Of a stretch of 64,000 nucleotides of DNA, positions 17,601 through 27,058 are shown piece after piece; position 1 is the stretch's first letter, and each line of letters begins with the position of its first letter. The position numbers and the translations under genes are program-made. The notes below the pieces were generated by a model, which saw only the letters and a program-made list of their open reading frames with translations, made no database searches and was not told the origin of the DNA. This DNA is from Minisyncoccia bacterium (lineage in GTDB: Bacteria > Patescibacteriota > Minisyncoccia > SW-4-49-11). The stretch is from positions 1,159 through 65,158 of the forward strand of contig JBIIRM010000001.1 in NCBI GenBank assembly GCA_044341565.1. The letters run 5' to 3'.

Positions 17601-18434
17601 ATGATTTTAGCATTTTTAGGTAAGGGTGGTAGTGGTAAATCTTCTGTATCTACTCAGATGGCTCTTCATCTTTCTTCTCAGAGGAAAAATGTATTGGCTA
17701 TTGATGCTGATCATAATATGGATTTGTCATATAATCTGGGGGGAGAAGATATGATGTATTATGGAAAGGCTTTAATGGATTTGCAATTAGCAGTTGGTCT
17801 TGATAAATCAGAGAAATATTCAGCTGCATTTCTTCAGAAGATAGGGAAACGATTTACTTTATCTCCATTAGCTTCTGAAATTGAGAAGTATTCTGTGAAA
17901 TTAGAGAATGGTATTCGATTGATGAGTGCTGGACCTCAAACTGATGATGTTCTGTATGGAAAAGCTTGTAGTCATATTTTAACTACTCCATTAAAACTTC
18001 TTCTTCCTTTATTAGAGCTTCAAGAAAATGAGGTTGTGGTAATTGATGAGAAAGCTGGAGCAGATGGAGTATCTACAGGAATTATTACAGGGGTGGATAT
18101 TGGGGTAATAGTATGTGAACCAGCATTACATAGTATCAAAACGGCAAAGCAAATTGCAGAATTAATGAAATTTTATGAAACTCCGTATATGTTTGTAGGG
18201 AATAAAGTAACTTCAAGTGAAGACAAAAATTTTATTGAGGAAAGTTTGGCAGAAATTCCTATTACTTACTTAATGGAAAGTACGAATCTAAAAAGAAATC
18301 CCTCTCTCTTGGTTTCAGAGTGGAGTGATGAGCTGTCCATGATATTCGAACATGCACAAAAGATATCTCAGAATAATCGTTTAGAAAGAACCATAAAGAA
18401 ATTTCAACGAAATCAGGAATTCTCTCATAATTAG
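17601..18434 (+). CDS. ParA/MinD-family P-loop ATPase, CooC-like
   Basis: Deviant Walker A KGGSGKSS, IDADHNMDL (compare CooC DADPxxNL), hydrophobic Walker B VVVIDEKAG, single Cys-Ser-His at YGKACSH. Confidence 0.6.
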   Translation: MILAFLGKGGSGKSSVSTQMALHLSSQRKNVLAIDADHNMDLSYNLGGEDMMYYGKALMDLQLAVGLDKSEKYSAAFLQKIGKRFTLSPLASEIEKYSVKLENGIRLMSAGPQTDDVLYGKACSHILTTPLKLLLPLLELQENEVVVIDEKAGADGVSTGIITGVDIGVIVCEPALHSIKTAKQIAELMKFYETPYMFVGNKVTSSEDKNFIEESLAEIPITYLMESTNLKRNPSLLVSEWSDELSMIFEHAQKISQNNRLERTIKKFQRNQEFSHN

Positions 18435-18469
18435 TTGCCGTTAGCAAAGAGCTCTCGATAAGGGGTTCT

Positions 18470-18934
18470 TTGGTAATGGGAACATTACCAGTCCTGTTCT
18501 TTGATTTTAATCTGATGAAATGCCAAGATGCCCAAAAGGTTTGGAAAACGGGTAATCCGATTGAAGGTTTGATGCAATACTTCCCTGAAGCACTACAGTT
18601 TATTCTTCAGAAAGCCAAATGCTTTGCAGAGAACTGTCCTGGAGGGGAATTCGACACACAGGTTAAAGATCTGGCTGGGGCTGGCCAGTATAGGCTTGTT
18701 TATCTTGACGGACAAGATCAATTGGCTGAGCAAATTCACCAAATCCTGGGAGATTGTGCTCTGAATCAGGCATTGTCACGCTATGTTTCAGGGCTCCATA
18801 ATCGTCCCATTCAGATGGGGAACATTTGTTGTAATGCGTGTATTTCAGCAGAACCCGAATTTTTTCAGAATCTGCAGCTCATTGATGTTCAAAAAGCAGC
18901 TATCAAGATTGAAGGGATGAAGACTGGAGACTGA
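18470..18934 (+). CDS. hypothetical Cys-rich protein (154 aa, 7 Cys incl. CPGGE and CCNAC)
   Basis: ORF followed by a strong terminator. GC about 43% by eye. Confidence 0.45.
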   Translation: MVMGTLPVLFFDFNLMKCQDAQKVWKTGNPIEGLMQYFPEALQFILQKAKCFAENCPGGEFDTQVKDLAGAGQYRLVYLDGQDQLAEQIHQILGDCALNQALSRYVSGLHNRPIQMGNICCNACISAEPEFFQNLQLIDVQKAAIKIEGMKTGD

Positions 18935-18959
18935 TTCATCTCAACTAAAAATCCATCAA

Positions 18960-18990
18960 GCCCGGCACCATGTGTCGGGCTTTTCTCTAT
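18960..18990 (+). terminator. intrinsic terminator
   Basis: GCCCGGCAC-CATG-GTGTCGGGC, a 9-bp stem with one G-U pair, followed by TTTTCTCTAT. Confidence 0.75.
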
Positions 18991-19054
18991 CCAAATATAC
19001 GGTTTTATAGTACACTATATAACAAATACTGAAGACAGAATCGATAAGAATAGA

Positions 19055-19756
19055 ATGATATACTGGAATCAAAGAATGGTGATAATTGGAATGGTATTGA
19101 TTGCAATACTATTAATTGTAATTAGTGCTATTGTGTCTCCCCAAGGGGATGAATTATTGGAGAAAAAGGCTTCACTCTCCTATAGTATTATGTCTGAGCC
19201 AAGTAGATTATTTAATGTCGATCAGGAGGCAAATATCCCGACATGGTTTACTGCATCTATTGCCCTCTACACTGCTTTGGTGGCGTCCTTGATTGCGTCT
19301 AGTATGAAGTCTCAAGGGAAAAAATTTGCTGGCTGGAGAGGACTTGCTTGTCTATTCCTCTATATTGCTTTAGATGAGGTTGGGGGATTGCATGAATTAT
19401 TAATTGATCCATTGCGTAATGCATTTGGATTAACGGGTTGGCTATATCAATCATGGGTAATAGTGGGACTTGCTATTGCTCTGATTGTAGGACTTGCCTA
19501 TATACAATTCTTATTCCGATTACCCCGCGGTATAGGGTTTTATTTAATATCAGGAGGTATGATATATGTATTTGGTGTTATTGGGGTAGAGGCTATTGGA
19601 GGACTTGTATTGAGTACAGAGGGGCTTACTAATTGGTATGTACAGCTTGCTCATATTGAGGAATTCTTAGAGATGATGGGTCTTATATTAGCCCTCTATG
19701 CTCTCAGTGAATTTGCTCGCCGTGAATTGAAGTCTATGACTATTGTGTTGAAATAG
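19055..19756 (+). CDS. hypothetical polytopic membrane protein (233 aa)
   Basis: Multiple hydrophobic helices; no recognised motif. Confidence 0.5.
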   Translation: MIYWNQRMVIIGMVLIAILLIVISAIVSPQGDELLEKKASLSYSIMSEPSRLFNVDQEANIPTWFTASIALYTALVASLIASSMKSQGKKFAGWRGLACLFLYIALDEVGGLHELLIDPLRNAFGLTGWLYQSWVIVGLAIALIVGLAYIQFLFRLPRGIGFYLISGGMIYVFGVIGVEAIGGLVLSTEGLTNWYVQLAHIEEFLEMMGLILALYALSEFARRELKSMTIVLK

Positions 19757-19811
19757 GAGATGTTTGAAATAAATTTAATCGGTTGATAATTATTGACAAA
19801 AATGAAAAAAT

Positions 19812-20948
19812 ATGCTATGGTGGGGTCAATTAATGGTGTATAAGTATATGTCTAAATTTTCTGTACAGAAGCTACGTTACTTTGCTGAGTTATCTTTGTT
19901 GACAGCAGTTTTCATAGGATATATTATATTTGTTATCAATTCATTTATAATGAGAGGTAGTGATTTAGTCATATCTTTATGGCTTATTTTTAGTATATTT
20001 ACTGTTATTTGGTTTAGCTATTCATTATTAAAAATTAAGTCTGTTAGGCGAAGAGTTCGTCGACTATTTGTTTTGAATATTAATTTGATATTAAATAATC
20101 GCATTTTTTGGGCTTTGTTAGGAACTATTAATAAAAGAATACCGTTTATTAAAACAGTATTCTTAGCATATCCTGCTAATCATAAATTTGCGACGGAATA
20201 TGTATTTGATACTATTTTAGAAGAAACTCGATGGCATCTATGGTTTACTGGGTTTTTTATTCAAAATGGTAAAATTGGTATTCAATTTGCAATATCTTCT
20301 ACAGAAAAAGATTTTAGAGATGAGAATAATATTGAAAATCTAAGAATATTATGGCTGAGAATGAATTATCTTAAATCTTTATTAGAAGCTGATCAAATGA
20401 CTTTTGCCGGTATATTACCAGGAATATTCTATAAAAAGAATATTATCCATACGTTACCAATAGAATTAGATGTTACAGTAAAAGCTGTAAAGCAGGCTGT
20501 ATTAAAAGCTATTGATAAATTAAATCTTCCGGATAGCACCCCTATTATTGTATTAGGAGGAAAAGGCTTTATTGGAAATAAGTTTGTATCTGAAATGGAG
20601 AATAGAGAAGTATATTGTATTGATAAACAAGATGCTGACTCACCTGCTATGGAAGATATTCTAAAAAAAGTAAAAGACAAAGTTATTATTCTTAATGTTG
20701 CAACCCAAAAAGCATTACAAGAAAATTTGCTTTATTTCAATGAAAAAGTTATCATAATAAATGAAGTATATCCAGAACCTTCTCGAGAACTTACTCATAG
20801 TCTTAAAGAAAAAGGAGTAACATTATTCCATATTATTGGAGTAAAAGGAAAATCTTTCCCAAATTTCCCAAGAGCTTATAGAGAGGGAATACCATGTTGC
20901 GCTAGTTGGGATAATGATAATCTAGAGGCAAAGATAACACAATTATAA
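19812..20948 (+). CDS. membrane-anchored protein with a Rossmann-like GxGxxG domain (IIVLGGKGFIGNKF)
   Basis: Two or three N-terminal TM helices, then a nucleotide-binding-like fold. The true start may be M at 19851. Confidence 0.45.
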   Translation: MLWWGQLMVYKYMSKFSVQKLRYFAELSLLTAVFIGYIIFVINSFIMRGSDLVISLWLIFSIFTVIWFSYSLLKIKSVRRRVRRLFVLNINLILNNRIFWALLGTINKRIPFIKTVFLAYPANHKFATEYVFDTILEETRWHLWFTGFFIQNGKIGIQFAISSTEKDFRDENNIENLRILWLRMNYLKSLLEADQMTFAGILPGIFYKKNIIHTLPIELDVTVKAVKQAVLKAIDKLNLPDSTPIIVLGGKGFIGNKFVSEMENREVYCIDKQDADSPAMEDILKKVKDKVIILNVATQKALQENLLYFNEKVIIINEVYPEPSRELTHSLKEKGVTLFHIIGVKGKSFPNFPRAYREGIPCCASWDNDNLEAKITQL

Positions 20949-20986
20949 TTTTTACATAATAATAAAAACAAAATAAAATTAATATA

Positions 20987-22603
20987 ATGGTGGGATTTGA
21001 TGTAATAAATATATTACTAATCACAATTGGAGTAACAAATCTTGCTTTAGGGTTATTGCTCTTTTTTAGCTCTAATGAAAAACAAGATAAAAGTGGAAAA
21101 TTATTTTCATTGGTTGCATTAGCTGTAGTTGGTTGGATTGTAATGATGATTATATATCGGTCTATTAATAATGTAGATGCTCTTTTAGGAATTACAAAAT
21201 TACTATATATTTCTGCTCTTTTGATTCCAATGGTATTTTTACTTTTTGTAAATCGTTTTATATATGTCAAAATTAATAAAACATTAGAAAAAGCTTTATT
21301 AATTTTCTTGACTTTCCTACTTATATTAACATGGACAACCCCTTATATAATTAGCTCAGTTGTCCTACAAGATGGTATGGAGCATAAAATTATTTTTGGT
21401 AAGCTTTTCTGGATATATGTTATATTCTTAATTGCAACATTTAATCTTGCATTTTATGAATTGATATTAAAATACAAGGAGTTTAAAGGGTTTAAACAAA
21501 AGCAAATTCTATTCATTATCTTAGGGACATCTTTATCTACTTACCCAGCTTTTTTAACCAATTTAATTTTTCCATGGATAGGAATAGTTGCATTTAATTG
21601 GGCTGGACAATTATCTACAATATTTTTGACTATCTTTACTTCTTATGCTATTTTAAAACATCATCTCTTTGATATCAAAATGATTTTATCTGAAATATTA
21701 CTCGGATTAATGGGTATTATTTTATTTGTATATATTTTTGTATCTAAAAATACCTATGAGGTAATAGTAAGTATAATATTCTTTATTATATTTACTGGAG
21801 TCGCCTATACATTATTAAGAGAATTATTAAAAGGAATTACTCGAGAACATCAATTAGAGCGAGCTAATAAGAAATTGATTGAGACAATTGAGTCAAAGGA
21901 TTTATTTCTTCGTATGACATCTCATCAATTGCGCACACCACTTACATCATTAAATGGATTCTTATCTCTCATTTTGGAACAATGGCAAGGTAAATATAAG
22001 ATGAATCAAGTAACTCATGATGATTTGGTTAGAGTATATCTTAATGCTCAGAGACTTATTGCTATTGTAAATGATATGCTCGCTTTTAATGCAATTAAAG
22101 CGAATAGATTTGGAGTTATTATGCGACCAGAAGTAAATGTAAAAGATGAATTAAATTATCTTCTTCAGGACAATAAATATATATTAGAATATTTTCAAAC
22201 AGAAGTTATCTTAAAATCTATAGGGGAAGACTTTAAAATTTCTATGGATAGTGTGAGAATGAAAGAGGTATTTCAAAATTTATTATCTAATGCAGTATAT
22301 TATGGAAAAGGAAAAGTCTGGATTACGATAATTGATGAGGGGGATAGATTACAAATCCGATTCCGAGATAATGGTCCTGGAATAGATGTCAGTATAAAAG
22401 ATAAAATTTTTAAATCTCGATTCCGAGCTCGAGTTGCCGGGGATCAAAATCCTAATGGTTCAGGGCTTGGGTTATTTATTTCTCGTACTATTGTCGGGAT
22501 GCATCATGGGACATTGAAACTCAAAACCCCCGGCTCTTCACAGGGGGCAGTATTTGTGGTAAAAATACCTAAAACTGCTAATCTGGATAAATATGAGGGG
22601 TAG
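20987..22603 (+). CDS. sensor histidine kinase with N-terminal multi-TM sensor domain
   Basis: Seven or more TM helices. H-box LRMTSHQLRTPLTSLNGF, N-box LLSNAVYYG, DNGPGID, GSGLGLFISRTIV. Confidence 0.85.
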   Translation: MVGFDVINILLITIGVTNLALGLLLFFSSNEKQDKSGKLFSLVALAVVGWIVMMIIYRSINNVDALLGITKLLYISALLIPMVFLLFVNRFIYVKINKTLEKALLIFLTFLLILTWTTPYIISSVVLQDGMEHKIIFGKLFWIYVIFLIATFNLAFYELILKYKEFKGFKQKQILFIILGTSLSTYPAFLTNLIFPWIGIVAFNWAGQLSTIFLTIFTSYAILKHHLFDIKMILSEILLGLMGIILFVYIFVSKNTYEVIVSIIFFIIFTGVAYTLLRELLKGITREHQLERANKKLIETIESKDLFLRMTSHQLRTPLTSLNGFLSLILEQWQGKYKMNQVTHDDLVRVYLNAQRLIAIVNDMLAFNAIKANRFGVIMRPEVNVKDELNYLLQDNKYILEYFQTEVILKSIGEDFKISMDSVRMKEVFQNLLSNAVYYGKGKVWITIIDEGDRLQIRFRDNGPGIDVSIKDKIFKSRFRARVAGDQNPNGSGLGLFISRTIVGMHHGTLKLKTPGSSQGAVFVVKIPKTANLDKYEG

Positions 22604-22618
22604 TAATATTGTTGATAT

Positions 22619-25321
22619 ATGAAAAAAAGAAAAGAATATTATCAGCTTACAGCCAAAGAGGTATTAGAATTAATAGAGGGTAATACAGGAGGACTTACTT
22701 CTCAAGAAGTAGAATCTAGACAAATACAATATGGAAAAAATATATTAATTCCAAAACAAGGAATTTCACCCATTTGGTTGTTTTTACGCCAATTTCATAA
22801 TGGGCTTATTTATATTTTACTTTTGGCGGCAGTTATTTCAGCATTATTCCAGCATTGGGTTGATATGTGGATTATCTTTATTATTGTAGGCATTAATGGA
22901 ATTATTGGCTTTAGCCAGGAGTATCAGGCAGAAAAATCGGTGGCAGCTTTAGCTCAAAAGATTTTAGTGAGAGCTAAAGTGTATCGTGATGGAGTATTAC
23001 AAGAACGTGATGCTCAGGATTTGGTGCCTGGGGACATTATTATTTTGGAAGAGGGGGATAAGGTGCCTGCTGATGCTCGGCTTATTGAGGCTACAGAATT
23101 TCAGGCTATAGAAGCATCTTTAACTGGTGAGTCTAATCCCATACATAAATCAATTGATAAAATTGAAGCGACAGTTTCTATCGGAGATAGAATGAATAGT
23201 GTCTGGATGGGAACTCTTATTGCTACAGGATGGGCTAAGGCAATAGTAACTGCCACAGGTTCCAAAACGGCTGTTGGGAATATTGCAAAAGATATTGAAG
23301 AGGTGGCAATTGAGCAAACACATTTTCATAAACAAACAGCGGTATTGAGTCGGCAATTAGGGATATTTGCTTTTATTTCTTCAATGATATTATTTGTTAT
23401 TGGATTTTGGTTTCGGGAATTGCCACTCGATGAAATAATATCTTTTACTCTTTCAGCTTTGGTTGGAGGAATACCTGAAAGTTTACCAGTGGTTTTAGTA
23501 GTGGTTCTTGCTATTGGGGCAAAGCGTATGAGTGATAGAAAAGCAATTATTCGATCTTTTCCTGTTACCGAATCATTAGCGGTAATGGATACGATTATTA
23601 CGGATAAGACAGGTACATTAACTGAAAATAAAATGACAGTACAGAAAATTTGGGTACTTGATCAAGATATGATTTCAGTTATGGGACAAGGATTATCTAT
23701 GGAAGGTGACTTTATACACCAAGATAAAGTGATTACGCCATTAGATCATCCTGCGGTATCTCAACTCATTCATATTGCTGGACTCGCTCATAATGGAAGA
23801 GTATATGAAGATATGACAGATGAGATACATAAATTGAAAAGTATGGGAGACCCTACAGAGGTTGCCTTGGGAGTAATGGCTGCAAAAGGTGGATTAAAAA
23901 AAGAAGCTTTAGATACAGAATGGAAACGAATTCTTGATTTACCCTTTCGTTCAGAAAATAAATATCGGGCCAGTTATGTTAATCATGAAGATAACCATAC
24001 ATATCAGCTTATGGTGATTGGTGCTAGTGAGAAGGTATTAAGTATGTGTAGTCATATTCTCGATTCTTCGGGAAAATCTATTCATCTGACACAATCACAT
24101 ATTGATAAAGTTTCAGAGGCTGTTGCTTTATTGTCTCGTCAGGCAATGAGAGTTATTGCTTTAGCATATCAGGAGCATAAAAGCTCTCTTGCTACTATTG
24201 ATCCTCAGGGAGTAAAAAATTTAGTTTTTGTGGGATTAGTTGGTATTATTGATCCTCCTCGAATGGAGGTGAAAGATGCTATTTTACAAGCTCAAAGGGC
24301 TGGAATTCGAGTAATTATGGCTACAGGAGACCATAAAGATACCGCCCTTGCTATTGCTCAAGCTGTAGGGGTTGCTCAGAAAGGAGATTCAGTAATGGAG
24401 GAATCAGATTTAGTGAAGTTATCGGATACACAATTATATGCTGCCCTTAAACATACTCCTGTTTTGGCTCGATTAAGTCCTCATATGAAATTACGTGTGG
24501 CTGAAGTATTACAAAAACATCATCATATTGTGGCTATGACGGGTGATGGGGTAAATGATGCACCTGCTTTGAAAAAAGCTAATATTGGAATTGCAATGGG
24601 GATTCGAGGGACTGATGTTGCTCGGGAGGCGAGTGATATTGTCCTTACAGATGATAATTTTGTAAGTATTATTTCAGCAGTAGAAGAGGGACGAGTTATT
24701 TTTCGAAATGTTCAGCAAACAAGTTTATTTTTAGTTACGAGTAATATTGCTACTATTGCAGTATTTATATTATGTTTAGCCTTAGGGTATTCTTTACCTC
24801 TCCTTGCAATTCAAGTATTATCTCTTAATTTAGTTACGAATGGAATTTCGGATATTGCCCTTGCTACGGAGCGTAGTCATAAAGATATTTTATTAGAACC
24901 ACCACTTCCCGTTGATAAAAAAGTGATTTCATCAGATAGATATATGTATATTACGGTGATTTCTCTGACAATGATTATTATTGGATTTGGAGGATTTTTA
25001 TTATATTATAGTCAAGGTATTGAACAAGCAAGAACAATGTTCTTTTGGTCTTTTGCAAGTATGCAGTTAGCGAATACCTATAATATGAGGTCTCCTAGGG
25101 AGTCCTTAATGAGTATTGGAGTATTCTCAAATGCTATTATTAATTGGAGTATTCTTTTGTCTATAGCCTTACTGATTGCAATGATTCAGGTCCCATTTTT
25201 ACAACAGGTACTTCAATTTACCAATATCCCTTTACTAGACAGTATTTATTATGGAATATTCTCAATGATTGGTGTGGTGTTGATTGGGGAATTATATAAA
25301 TGGATTATTCGCCGTCAATAA
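22619..25321 (+). CDS. P-type cation-transporting ATPase (P2-type, Ca2+/Mg2+-like)
   Basis: DKTGTLTENKM phosphorylation motif, TGDGVNDAPALKKA hinge, GDH/TGES actuator region, about 10 TM helices. Confidence 0.85.
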   Translation: MKKRKEYYQLTAKEVLELIEGNTGGLTSQEVESRQIQYGKNILIPKQGISPIWLFLRQFHNGLIYILLLAAVISALFQHWVDMWIIFIIVGINGIIGFSQEYQAEKSVAALAQKILVRAKVYRDGVLQERDAQDLVPGDIIILEEGDKVPADARLIEATEFQAIEASLTGESNPIHKSIDKIEATVSIGDRMNSVWMGTLIATGWAKAIVTATGSKTAVGNIAKDIEEVAIEQTHFHKQTAVLSRQLGIFAFISSMILFVIGFWFRELPLDEIISFTLSALVGGIPESLPVVLVVVLAIGAKRMSDRKAIIRSFPVTESLAVMDTIITDKTGTLTENKMTVQKIWVLDQDMISVMGQGLSMEGDFIHQDKVITPLDHPAVSQLIHIAGLAHNGRVYEDMTDEIHKLKSMGDPTEVALGVMAAKGGLKKEALDTEWKRILDLPFRSENKYRASYVNHEDNHTYQLMVIGASEKVLSMCSHILDSSGKSIHLTQSHIDKVSEAVALLSRQAMRVIALAYQEHKSSLATIDPQGVKNLVFVGLVGIIDPPRMEVKDAILQAQRAGIRVIMATGDHKDTALAIAQAVGVAQKGDSVMEESDLVKLSDTQLYAALKHTPVLARLSPHMKLRVAEVLQKHHHIVAMTGDGVNDAPALKKANIGIAMGIRGTDVAREASDIVLTDDNFVSIISAVEEGRVIFRNVQQTSLFLVTSNIATIAVFILCLALGYSLPLLAIQVLSLNLVTNGISDIALATERSHKDILLEPPLPVDKKVISSDRYMYITVISLTMIIIGFGGFLLYYSQGIEQARTMFFWSFASMQLANTYNMRSPRESLMSIGVFSNAIINWSILLSIALLIAMIQVPFLQQVLQFTNIPLLDSIYYGIFSMIGVVLIGELYKWIIRRQ

Positions 25322-25329
25322 AGTTTGTT

Positions 25330-25959
25330 TTATCTTCTGGGCATGATTTTTTGATAGATATTCTCAATAAAGGTTATTCCTCCAGGGAAAAAGTTGAATA
25401 ATACAACGGAAGTATACATTGCAAGAGATATATTGGTATTCCAGAAGGATAAAGGAATAGCAAGTATAGTACTTAATAGGGGTAATAATATACGTATACG
25501 AGTATATTTACGATCTGAGGTATAGAATTTATCTTCATCGATATTATGAGAAAGTCTCATATAGGTTCTGAGTCCATAGAGAATTAAACTTAATAAGGAA
25601 ATATTAATCCCCTAAAAGATAATGGCAAATTGGGTATAATGATATTCCCCTAAAAGATGAGCAGAAAAGGGGAGTAAGGCTACAGAAATAAAGAAAATAA
25701 TATTAAAGTTTACAATATGAGTGTCGATCTTTTTTGCATAATACGATATCATAAATACATGAGCTCTCCAAAGCGTTGCCAGAACAGTGAAACTCAGCAT
25801 ATAGCTTAGAAATAAGGGAGTTAATTGTCTTACTGCTTCTCTAAGTTCTGCATTAGTAACAGTATGATGTATTTCTGGGACTTTAATTTCAATTACGAGC
25901 AATGTCATAACAATGGCAAATATCCCTTCCGCTAAAGCCTCTAGTCGTTGTTTATTCAT
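25330..25959 (-). pseudogene. DUF1211 (TMEM175-like) membrane channel family gene interrupted by a single in-frame TAG
   Basis: ORF 25612-25959 (RLEALAEGIFAIVMTLLVIEI is the DUF1211 signature) and ORF 25330-25560 share one frame. They are separated by exactly 51 nt (17 sense codons) after the TAG at 25612-25614. Combined length is ~208 aa with ~5-6 TM helices, which matches the family. Confidence 0.6.
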
Positions 25960-26020
25960 ATAAAAAATATAATACTATGTTTATAGTATTAAGAAATATG
26001 GATTTTGAGTCAATTTAATG

Positions 26021-26434
26021 CTATTTTTCAGCTAATGATTGATAAACTATTTCTGTTAATTTTTGCATTATGGTAAGACAAATAATAATAATAAGTAATC
26101 CTATAAATCCACTAATAGTTACATATTCTTTGAATATAAAACTAATAATTGCTAAGAAAATAAATTTTGAAAAGAATATAATAAGCCATATCACAAATAC
26201 TAAGCCTGCCTTACCCCAGGGATAATTCTTACTTTTATACCAATTTTTAACAATATCTTTGAAGGCAAGAGTATAATAGGTGAGTATTTGTAATACTATG
26301 GATAAGCTAAAGGTAATAGAATATGAATGAGTATCTAATATATCAGTATAATCATTAAAAAACCCCAGTACTACGGAATATAATAAAATTCCGATAAACA
26401 TATTTTTGAAGAGTTCTTGTTTTTTACTTATCAT
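26021..26434 (-). CDS. hypothetical 4-TM membrane protein downstream of ntpD
   Basis: 137 aa, hydrophobic, co-directional with the ATPase operon. Confidence 0.45.
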   Translation of the reverse strand: MISKKQELFKNMFIGILLYSVVLGFFNDYTDILDTHSYSITFSLSIVLQILTYYTLAFKDIVKNWYKSKNYPWGKAGLVFVIWLIIFFSKFIFLAIISFIFKEYVTISGFIGLLIIIICLTIMQKLTEIVYQSLAEK

Positions 26435-26441
26435 ATATAAT

Positions 26442-27056
26442 TTATAATTCCAACAATTCTTTCACCTTCATGATAGTGACTTTTTCTTGGCGAGTAAGTT
26501 CATCTAATGAGCTTTGAATTGATTTCAAATTTTGCTTCATATCAGGAATTATAACATATTCAAGAGCATTTACTCGACGGCGTGTTATTTCGATTTCTTC
26601 AGCCAAAAGGCGAGCGGTGAATTCTATTTCCGCTAATTGTATAATAAGGGGTAATATAGATTGTAATAATGAGAGTGATTGATCTAAATCTTTGGGAGTT
26701 CCAAAAGTTCCATATTGAAAGGGGTCTCCCGTAATATGAGGGATAATATGAGGGGTTTTCACTCCCATAATGGATTTTTTCTGTAATTCTAAATATGTTT
26801 TGGCTTGTGAGAGCTGAATTAATTCTTGAATAGCTTCTTCTGAAATTTTGGTTTGTGCAAAGCGGAATAGTTGTATTGCCTCTACAATTTTAGGGGTTAA
26901 TTCACCTCGAAGTTTTATTACTTCTTGGATAATAGCGAGGAATTCTTGAATTAGGCCATCTCTTTTGTCGGTAAGCAAATTATGTCCTCTGGAAGCTGTT
27001 TTAATTTTCTTCTTAAGTCTTAGGGCCTCTTGTCTGGTAGGCTTTACTGCTGGCAT
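26442..27056 (-). CDS. ntpD: V/A-type ATPase subunit D
   Basis: MPAVKPTRQEALRLKKKIKTASRGHNLLTDKRDGL is a typical subunit D N-terminus. Operon position after B. Confidence 0.8.
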   Translation of the reverse strand: MPAVKPTRQEALRLKKKIKTASRGHNLLTDKRDGLIQEFLAIIQEVIKLRGELTPKIVEAIQLFRFAQTKISEEAIQELIQLSQAKTYLELQKKSIMGVKTPHIIPHITGDPFQYGTFGTPKDLDQSLSLLQSILPLIIQLAEIEFTARLLAEEIEITRRRVNALEYVIIPDMKQNLKSIQSSLDELTRQEKVTIMKVKELLEL

Positions 27057-27058
27057 AT

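Noticed and set aside
25608-25658. 13-bp direct repeat TCCCCTAAAAGAT (x2, 38 bp apart) considered as target-site duplication of a mobile element
   Set aside because: The 38-bp spacing contains no insert-like sequence. It is more likely a coincidence or local slippage. It is recorded only as context for the in-frame TAG.
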